DNA of 64,000 nt from Limnochordia bacterium. Lineage in GTDB: Bacteria; Bacillota; Limnochordia; DTU080; RSA5. Shown piece after piece: positions 57,289-64,000 of this stretch. Numbering within the stretch: the first letter of the stretch is position 1; each line of letters starts with the position of its first letter. Both the position numbers and the translations under genes were made by a program. The DNA lies in NCBI GenBank assembly GCA_041686855.1, contig JAWLDA010000006.1:194034-258033 (forward strand), given 5' to 3'. Below the pieces are notes generated by a model. The model saw only the letters and a program-made list of their open reading frames with translations, was not told the origin of the DNA and searched no databases.

Positions 57289-57318
57289 GCATAAACCCCT
57301 AGGTTCGAGCCTATACTT
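57289..57318 (+). promoter_or_regulatory. Possible sporulation-sigma promoter for yaaL-bofA
   Basis: GCATA-N18-TATACTT resembles sigma-E/sigma-G type elements. Confidence 0.35.
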
Positions 57319-57350
57319 TAACGGCGAAAGACCTGGAAGGGGGAGGCGGT

Positions 57351-57671
57351 GTGCCGGTGAATCGGTGGTTTTCCGGTATCTTTGAGAGAGTGTGGGACTA
57401 CCTCGCTCCTGATGAGACCGTAAAGGTTACAGAAGATCGGAGCGAGGCGAAGCCCGAAGTGATTCGAGCGGTCGATGCGGCGCGCCTTGAGTGGGAACGA
57501 GCCCGGGCCTACTTTGATAATGTTACCGATCCTGATCTGGTCGATCACGCGACGTACGAGATTAAGGCTGCCGAGCGAAAGTACGTGTACTTATTACGTC
57601 GGGCGCAAGAACTCGGTTACCGCATCGAGGATGCGACGGGACTAAGCGAACCGGTGGAAGTTGAGGCGTGA
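57351..57671 (+). CDS. yaaL: YaaL/DUF2508 family protein
   Basis: ARLEWERARAYFDNVTDPDLVDHATYEIKAAERKYVYLL; position between recR and bofA. Confidence 0.85.
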   Translation: MPVNRWFSGIFERVWDYLAPDETVKVTEDRSEAKPEVIRAVDAARLEWERARAYFDNVTDPDLVDHATYEIKAAERKYVYLLRRAQELGYRIEDATGLSEPVEVEA

Positions 57672-57976
57672 GTTGGCCGAGTCGATTCCCAACTGTCGAC
57701 TTCACACTCGACTGGCAGACGCTTGTCGCCTACGGCTTCGGTCTCGTCTTGCTCTACCTCCTTGCCAGACTCCTCTTTGTGCCGATGAAATGGGCGCTCC
57801 CTATCATCGTCAACAGTTTTGTCGGCATCGCTTTCATTCTCATCTTTAATCTCGTAGGCGGCCTCTTTGACCTGAGGCTCGCGTTAAATCCAATCACCGT
57901 GTTGATTGCCGGATTCCTCGGTCTCCCCGGTGTGGGGTTGTTGCTGGCCCTGGAGTACGTCGTACAGTCGACCTAA
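57668..57976 (+). CDS. bofA: Pro-sigmaK processing inhibitor BofA
   Basis: NSFVG...FN...LNPITVLIAGFLGLPGV; synteny. Confidence 0.85.
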   Translation: MSWPSRFPTVDFTLDWQTLVAYGFGLVLLYLLARLLFVPMKWALPIIVNSFVGIAFILIFNLVGGLFDLRLALNPITVLIAGFLGLPGVGLLLALEYVVQST

Positions 57977-57984
57977 CATTCAGT

Positions 57985-58800
57985 CTAACGCATGCCCAGC
58001 CGTTCTAGGGCTGCGTTCACCATCGTCGTGTGTTGGTCCACTCGGACGTGGAGCGGTTGTTTCCTAGAGGTCTCAAGGATCATCGCCTTGGTTTGAGTGA
58101 ACATGCCACTCGCCCGTGCCAGACTCCCTTTCACAGGATACTTTATGAGGGAGAATTCGTGCGACGATCGAGAGATGTCGGCATTGACCCGCGCTTGCAT
58201 GGCCCGTGCCATACTCACGGTATCGCCTTTAGGGTAGTAGATGATGCTTTGGCCGACCGACTCCGAGTTAATCTTATGAAAGTCATACCCTTCGTGTAGA
58301 TCAAACAGATAATCCGGCCGACTACCCGTGACGAGCGACCAGACGCTTTGGGCCAAGGTGGTATCCGCTTTCTCGGAGCGCTTCCGTGGGAAATCACGAT
58401 TGAGATCGCCGGGATGTCCCCCGATGCGGGCGTCGGCTTGGACCCCGAGGCGATTAGCTTCGGGGATCACAATGATCGTTCCCCGTTTAGGTCGGAACGT
58501 AACGAACTGGCGTGCCGCCATATACCCGGCAGGTTCATCCCCGTGCATACCGCCGACAATCATAACGGTAGGCCCACGCACGCCGCTTTCGTTCACGTAG
58601 TACGGAGTCGCAAAGCGCGTCCTCGCCGCGAGCTGGTTGGCTCCCGATTCGCCAGTCACGTGTTCCGTCCGGGATGCCCCGGGGTTAATGGTGGTGAAGG
58701 AGCCGTTTGTCGCCGACAGGGTTTGCGCATGGCCCAAACTGGCGAAGATAAGGACGAGCGAGGCGAGGATGAGTGCGAGATGAATTTGCCGCATTTGCAT
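57985..58800 (-). CDS. Secreted M14/succinylglutamate desuccinylase-aspartoacylase family hydrolase
   Basis: Signal peptide from ATG 58800; GGMHGDE, DLNRDFP, DLHE, LET. Confidence 0.8.
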   Translation of the reverse strand: MQMRQIHLALILASLVLIFASLGHAQTLSATNGSFTTINPGASRTEHVTGESGANQLAARTRFATPYYVNESGVRGPTVMIVGGMHGDEPAGYMAARQFVTFRPKRGTIIVIPEANRLGVQADARIGGHPGDLNRDFPRKRSEKADTTLAQSVWSLVTGSRPDYLFDLHEGYDFHKINSESVGQSIIYYPKGDTVSMARAMQARVNADISRSSHEFSLIKYPVKGSLARASGMFTQTKAMILETSRKQPLHVRVDQHTTMVNAALERLGMR

Positions 58801-58924
58801 GGAAGAGCTCCCTTCTCCTTTTTGGACCGTATTGGGGTGGTGTTGGAGTTCCCTCCACTCTGTGGGAATCCTACAAGGAATCAGTCCCTGTACTGGCAGC
58901 ATCCGCCACACTGGAGAACGGTAG

Positions 58925-59836
58925 GTGAGTCGCATGGCCACGATTGACCTCATTGGGGTGCCGATGGATCTGGGAGCCGGACGCCGAGGTGTGGATATGG
59001 GACCAAGTGCTCTCCGGTACTCGGGGTTACAGGCTGCATTAGAGCAGTTGGGCCACGTGGTGAACGACACGGGCGACCTACCCGTGGCCGGGCCTGAGCA
59101 ACAGCCTGTCCGGGACGACCGTGCCAAGTATCTCGAGGAGATCGCGCAGACGTGCAGGCGTTTGGCTGATCGTGTCGCCGCAAGCAAAAGCGCGTCGCGC
59201 ACGCCTCTGGTAATAGGCGGTGACCATTCGATCGCTATGGGAACCGGTCTGGGTATGGCAATGGCCAAACCTGGTTTTGGCGTTCTGTGGATTGATACTC
59301 ACTCCGACATCAACACGCCAGATACTTCCCCCAGTGGAAACGTCCATGGCATGCCCATCGCCGCCCTCTTAGGCTTGGAGCCGGCGGGGAGGATGACGCG
59401 GGCGATGGGATGGGAGCAGCCCCTGCTCACCCCTGAGCGCTTGGTTATGCTGGGCGTACGAGACGTCGATCAGGGTGAAAGGCGCCTACTAAAGCAGTGT
59501 GGCATCAAACTCTTTACCATGTCCGACGTCGATCGAATGGGAGTGGCGGCCGTAATTGACACCGCCCTCGAGTATTTGAGCGATCAGTGCGACGGTCTTT
59601 ATGTGAGCTTTGACATGGATGTCCTCGATCCAAATGTGGCGCCGGGCGTCGGGACCCCCAAGGAGGGCGGGCTCACCTACCGGGAAGGCCATCTCATTAT
59701 GGAGACGATTGCCGAGAGCGGCCGATTGTGGGCCCTTGAGGTCGTGGAGATCAATCCCATCCTTGACGTTGGGAATAAAACGGCGAGGGTTGCCCGGGAC
59801 CTGATTGCGTCGGCCTTTGGCGCGAGTGTGGTTTAA
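58925..59836 (+). CDS. rocF: Arginase
   Basis: GAGRRGVDMGP, GGDHS, DTHSDIN, SGNVHGM, SFDMDVLDP, APGVGTP, VEINP. Confidence 0.92.
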   Translation: MSRMATIDLIGVPMDLGAGRRGVDMGPSALRYSGLQAALEQLGHVVNDTGDLPVAGPEQQPVRDDRAKYLEEIAQTCRRLADRVAASKSASRTPLVIGGDHSIAMGTGLGMAMAKPGFGVLWIDTHSDINTPDTSPSGNVHGMPIAALLGLEPAGRMTRAMGWEQPLLTPERLVMLGVRDVDQGERRLLKQCGIKLFTMSDVDRMGVAAVIDTALEYLSDQCDGLYVSFDMDVLDPNVAPGVGTPKEGGLTYREGHLIMETIAESGRLWALEVVEINPILDVGNKTARVARDLIASAFGASVV

Positions 59837-59876
59837 GGTTTGTCGCATGTGTGGTTTGGGGACAAAATGATACGGG

Positions 59877-61226
59877 GTGGTCACGATGGGATCGATCGTG
59901 CGGAAGACTAAACTGCCGGGTCCAAACTCAAAGGCCGGGCTTGAACGACTTCGGCGCGCCGTGCCGCGGTCACTATGGCCGACGCTCCCGATCCTCACGG
60001 CGCGAGCAAACGGCGCGGTCCTAGAGGATGTTGACGGCAACTGTTTTCTCGACTTCGCCGGTGGGTTGGGAGCCTTAAACACGGGCCACTCCCATCCGAC
60101 TGTGGTAACGAGTCTTAAAGAGCAAGCGAGCGCGTTCTTGCACACGGACTTTAGCCTCGTTCCCTACGCATCGTACGTCGAGTTGGCGGACGGTTTGGCG
60201 GCTCGTACGCCGGTTCGCGGTGAGCGACGCGTGGCTTTCTTTAACTCGGGGGCAGAGGCTGTCGAGAACGCCGTCAAAATTGCACGCAAAGCGACAGGTC
60301 GTCCCGGCATCGTCTGCTTTGAAGGAGCGTTTCACGGACGGACTTTAATGGCACTCTCGCTCACCAGCCGGGTGGATCCCTACAAATGCGGATTTGGCCC
60401 GTTCGCCCCGGAAGTGTATCGTGTCCCGTACGCCAATCCGTACCGGCACAGCGGTCCACTCGATGCCGCACAATGGGCGTTGCAGCAGTTGGAGCGCGCA
60501 TTCTCAACACGGGTCTGCGCGGATGATGTGGCGGCAATCATCGTCGAACCGATTCAAGGTGAGGGGGGGTTCGTAGTCCCTCCAACGGCCTTCTTGAAAG
60601 GTTTGCGTGACATTGCGGACCGTCACGGAATCGTGCTGATCGTAGACGAGATTCAAACGGGGTATGGGCGAACCGGTCGCTTCTTCGCACTCGAACACTT
60701 TGGCATCGAGGCTGACTTAATGACGGTGGGTAAATCGCTGGCATCAGGATTGCCGTTGAGCGCCGTCGTCGGCACGCAAGCGCTCATGGATGCGGTGGGC
60801 CCGGGTGGCCTGGGCGGTACCACCATTGGCAACCCTCTCGCCTGTCAAGCGGGACTTGCCGTCTTGCACGTGATGGATAACGAGGGGTTAGTCGCTCGGG
60901 CGAACGTGATCGGCGAGGCGCTGCGCTCATGCCTTACGGATTTAGGGGCTGAGTATCCACAAATTGGGGACGTGCGCGGGCTAGGTGCAATGATCGGGGC
61001 AGAGTTTGTAGAGAGTTCGGAGACAGGGGCTCCGGCCGGGTCGTTGGCCAAGCAAACTCTCGGGGAGATCTTTGAGCGGGGGCTCATCGCTGCCGTCGCC
61101 GGTATTCACGGTCACGTGCTGCGGTTTTTGCCCCCTCTCGTCACGACGGACGACCAATTAGGGGAGGCGGGGGAAGTACTACGCCAAGGAGTCGCAGCGG
61201 CCCTTCGTCCCCAGCCTCAACCTTAA
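59877..61226 (+). CDS. gabT: 4-aminobutyrate aminotransferase (class III)
   Basis: NSGAEAVENA, FHGRT, EPIQGEGG, DEIQTGYGRTG, GKSLASGLPL. Confidence 0.82.
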   Translation: MVTMGSIVRKTKLPGPNSKAGLERLRRAVPRSLWPTLPILTARANGAVLEDVDGNCFLDFAGGLGALNTGHSHPTVVTSLKEQASAFLHTDFSLVPYASYVELADGLAARTPVRGERRVAFFNSGAEAVENAVKIARKATGRPGIVCFEGAFHGRTLMALSLTSRVDPYKCGFGPFAPEVYRVPYANPYRHSGPLDAAQWALQQLERAFSTRVCADDVAAIIVEPIQGEGGFVVPPTAFLKGLRDIADRHGIVLIVDEIQTGYGRTGRFFALEHFGIEADLMTVGKSLASGLPLSAVVGTQALMDAVGPGGLGGTTIGNPLACQAGLAVLHVMDNEGLVARANVIGEALRSCLTDLGAEYPQIGDVRGLGAMIGAEFVESSETGAPAGSLAKQTLGEIFERGLIAAVAGIHGHVLRFLPPLVTTDDQLGEAGEVLRQGVAAALRPQPQP

Positions 61227-61239
61227 TCGGTGTGATGCG

Positions 61240-62127
61240 TCAATTGAGCGTCGTCCACCCTTTGACGATCTCCTTCCAAGTCAAGGCGACGGAGGGGTGC
61301 TCCTTTTTGGGTGCAGCCGACGTAGCTCGTATCAGCATGGGAACCCGCAGAAGTTCGCCGGGTCCAAGTTTATCGCTTTCTGAGAGGCGGTTGGCACGTA
61401 AGACTGAGGTGAGGTCGACCGTCATGTCGCGGGCGATGTTGCCGGGCGTGTCGCCCTTTTCGACCCTCACCCCCATCACAGGGGCCTGCGCGTAAGAGAC
61501 ATCCTCCCAGACGATCCTCCATCCAGGCATTCCAAGATCTTCAGCTGCCATGAGCGGTCTATTAACCGGCTGGGCGTTACTGTCAATCCGTCGATGGCCG
61601 AGGTCGAGCGTTAGAACAGGGGGGAGTAATTCGGAGTCGCCGTTGCTCCTCTCTTCCAGGAGAGAGATCACTCCGAGAACGTCTGAATCCGTCAGCGCGT
61701 CGTTCACCCGGATCTGGCAGCGCGCCCACACTGCGAGAGGCTGGTGCACCCAGTCAGCCCCCGCGTCGTTGGCTCCGTCTGGCTGTTGATAGAGGTTGAC
61801 GGCCACCCCTCCAAAATGTTGCTCCTCGGGCGTCCCCGGCACCACCTCGTCGGCACGTATCTCGACACGTCGGCCGAGCGTATCAAAGAACGAGGCGCGC
61901 AACCACACGGAGTCCTGGGTCGGGCGTTGCCAATCAAGCGGTGTGTTATCGAGGGCAAGCACGTCGAGTTCCGTCTCGACCTCATCCTCTAGTGTGTACT
62001 GGTGGGATGTGCCTGCGTCGGCCCTTAGATCGTAAGGTGCAAGTAAGGCGCTTCCGGTCTGAGTCACTTTGACCGCGAGCGGTACTCCTTGGTTGGGCAG
62101 GAAGGCGAGTCGATGGGCCAATTGCAT
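61240..62127 (-). CDS. Protein with C-terminal LysM domain
   Basis: VRVEKGDTPGNIARDMTVDLTSVLRANRLSESDKLGPGELLRVP. Confidence 0.75.
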   Translation of the reverse strand: MQLAHRLAFLPNQGVPLAVKVTQTGSALLAPYDLRADAGTSHQYTLEDEVETELDVLALDNTPLDWQRPTQDSVWLRASFFDTLGRRVEIRADEVVPGTPEEQHFGGVAVNLYQQPDGANDAGADWVHQPLAVWARCQIRVNDALTDSDVLGVISLLEERSNGDSELLPPVLTLDLGHRRIDSNAQPVNRPLMAAEDLGMPGWRIVWEDVSYAQAPVMGVRVEKGDTPGNIARDMTVDLTSVLRANRLSESDKLGPGELLRVPMLIRATSAAPKKEHPSVALTWKEIVKGWTTLN

Positions 62128-62296
62128 TCCCTCCTCGTGCTTAGTGTTTCATTAGCACAGTATGAGGTAGCCCACCCATCGTGCGCTAGTGCGGTTCTCC
62201 TGTTTGCTCCACCCGTTCAATCTTTCCTGGTATGTGATGGCCCAAATCCGCCCCATCATAAGAGAGGAATTCTGCTGGGAGAGGTGAGGGTGAAAC

Positions 62297-62485
62297 GTGG
62301 TCGTAGACGTGGAGGCCGTGCGCAGCGAGTACAATCGAATTGAAGACCGCCTCTATCGCCTCCGATGCAACTTTGGGTACTCATCGGTGCGCAACAACGC
62401 CTTTAAGCGGCTGGAACAGAGGGCCCAGAAGCTCAACCGCTTGATGCGTCAAATGGAGTCGACATGGGGAACACGACGTTCTTAA
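62297..62485 (+). CDS. Small hypothetical protein upstream of splB
   Basis: GAGGTGAGG RBS; 62 aa basic helical peptide. Confidence 0.5.
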   Translation: MVVDVEAVRSEYNRIEDRLYRLRCNFGYSSVRNNAFKRLEQRAQKLNRLMRQMESTWGTRRS

Positions 62486-62665
62486 AGGACGCTCGACCTA
62501 TGGTAGTATCAGCAAGGGTGAATACTTTGGAGAACTTCGGGATATTCTACTCTTGCGCGGAGTGACCTGTCACTCCGCTTAAAGGGCAGCTCCATGGTGA
62601 TGTGCGCTCAAGACAAGCGCCGTTGCCGGAGCTGCTTTTCTTATATAACGTTCGGGGGTTAGGGG

Positions 62666-63682
62666 ATGCGCTACTTTCGGCCGGCGCGCGTGTACGTGAA
62701 GGAAGAGGCACTCAAATACGAGCTGACGGACGAGATGGTGGCACGCTTTAACGAATCCGGTATACCGGTTGAGATGGTTAAGCGGGTTCGCTCTACATTT
62801 GACGGGACGCCGCGGGAGCAGTTCTTTGAAGCTAAGCGGACGCTGGTTCTTGGGGTGCGCAAGAAGACCCCGCTCCAAGGGTGTCGTCCCTCTGCAAATT
62901 GGCAGTTGCCGTTTGTGAGTGGTTGTCCTGGCCATTGCCATTACTGTTACCTCAACACCTCCTTTGGACCTCGCCCATACGTTCGAGTCTATGTAAACGT
63001 CGACGAGATACTTGCTCACGCGGAAGAGTACATCGAGGTCCGCCGCCCCATGGTCACTATCTTTGAAGGCTCGTCGACGTCGGACCCCGTTCCTCTGGAG
63101 CATTGGACTGGATCACTTTCACGCGCTATTGAGCACTTCGCTAAGCATCCCTACGGACGGTTCCGAATCGCAACCAAATACGACAACGTCGAACCGTTTT
63201 TAGGTCTGGACCACCGCGGTCACACTCGGATTCGGTTTACGGTAAACAGCAAACGTGTGGTCGGAAGCTGGGACAAAGCGACAGCGAGTCTATCTCGACG
63301 CCTAGCTGCCGCAAAGAAAATCGCGCAAGCCGGTTATCCGTTTGGGTTTCTTCTCGGGCCAATCGTAATGTATGAGGGTTGGGAGAACGAATACGTTGAC
63401 TTGGTTACGTCGATCGCCGATACCTTTACGAGCGAGGAGCGCTCGAGAATGAGCCTGGAACTGATCACCCATCGATTCACGCCTAAGGCAAAGAGCATCA
63501 TTGAAAGTGTCTACTCCGACACGGACCTGCCGATGGACGAGGGTGAGCGCGTGTGGCGGTATGGACAATTCGGCTACGGAAAGTGGATGTACCCGCGGGA
63601 TGCTTACGACGCGGTGAAACAAGTCGTGCAAGGGGCCATAGGGCGTATGCTGCCGCAAGCGAAGGTGATGTACCTTGTCTAA
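62666..63682 (+). CDS. splB: Spore photoproduct lyase (radical SAM)
   Basis: AKRTLVLGV, PSANWQLP, GCPGHCHYCYL, RVYVN, TSDP, ELITHRFT, GQFGYGK. Confidence 0.92.
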   Translation: MRYFRPARVYVKEEALKYELTDEMVARFNESGIPVEMVKRVRSTFDGTPREQFFEAKRTLVLGVRKKTPLQGCRPSANWQLPFVSGCPGHCHYCYLNTSFGPRPYVRVYVNVDEILAHAEEYIEVRRPMVTIFEGSSTSDPVPLEHWTGSLSRAIEHFAKHPYGRFRIATKYDNVEPFLGLDHRGHTRIRFTVNSKRVVGSWDKATASLSRRLAAAKKIAQAGYPFGFLLGPIVMYEGWENEYVDLVTSIADTFTSEERSRMSLELITHRFTPKAKSIIESVYSDTDLPMDEGERVWRYGQFGYGKWMYPRDAYDAVKQVVQGAIGRMLPQAKVMYLV

Positions 63683-64000
63683 AAGGGCTGCTGTCGATGA
63701 GAAGGAGTTGGGCGAGCGCAAGCCCCCTGTTGAGCAAGGAGTCGCCCGGGTCGAGGCTCGCGTCCGGGACAAGGAGTACGCGTTTGATGTTCCGCTTGGA
63801 GGCAACTTGCTTAGCGCCGCCCTGAGAAACAAGGTGCCCGTGGACCACCTTTGTAGGGTGGGCTTGTGTGGCATCTGCCAAGTTCGAGTGGCTTGGGGTG
63901 ACGACTCCTTAAGTGAGCCTAGTGACGCTGAGACGCTGCTCTTGGACGAGATGCCGCTCTCCGAAGGGGTCCGGCTGGCTTGCCAGGCCAAAGTCCTCGA
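63675..64000 (+). CDS. [2Fe-2S] ferredoxin (stop outside window)
   Basis: TTG overlapping the splB end; HLCRVGLCGICQVRV...RLACQAKV. Confidence 0.85.
   Translation, partial: MSKRAAVDEKELGERKPPVEQGVARVEARVRDKEYAFDVPLGGNLLSAALRNKVPVDHLCRVGLCGICQVRVAWGDDSLSEPSDAETLLLDEMPLSEGVRLACQAKVL

Noticed and set aside
58801-59268. N-terminal extension of ORF 57985..59268
   Set aside because: It overlaps arginase on the opposite strand; the signal peptide and RBS point to ATG 58800.
62297-62485. splA regulator
   Set aside because: The position fits, but I see no recognisable sequence similarity to SplA.
1-64000. CRISPR array or cas genes
   Set aside because: No regularly spaced repeat-spacer series or Cas motifs were seen.

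Overview
Chromosomal segment of a GC-rich, endospore-forming Bacillota-type bacterium. Sporulation markers include an alpha/beta SASP, spore coat proteins, bofA, yaaL and splB; the SRP RNA is the large Alu type, and scr-dnaX-ybaB-recR-yaaL-bofA synteny is intact. Housekeeping genes include typA, a Gram-negative-type aceE-aceF-lpdA pyruvate dehydrogenase operon, an OmpR-family two-component system, a sulfatase, ispG, ytpB, coaBC, an M16 peptidase pair, hemQ, a Pat-type acetyltransferase, tadA, two tRNA-Ser genes, rocF and gabT. Two regions stand out. (1) A two-gene copper-enzyme operon at 33.6-37.1 kb: a copper nitrite reductase with a C-terminal cupredoxin, followed by a single polypeptide fusing a complete type-C two-domain laccase to a second, closely related nitrite reductase module. 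(2) A ~14.1 kb integrative element (38108-52266) inserted in tRNA-Ser(GGA), bounded by 57-bp direct repeats. It carries an integrase, an RHH regulator behind a perfect 22-bp palindrome, an excisionase, a DUF3987/YfjI protein followed by an iteron-like inverted repeat, a second small recombinase, an internal tRNA-Arg remnant, and membrane cargo (DUF1538 pair + PII-like protein, MscS, TM-helix-repeat protein). All calls come from reading motifs by eye; no database searches were run.
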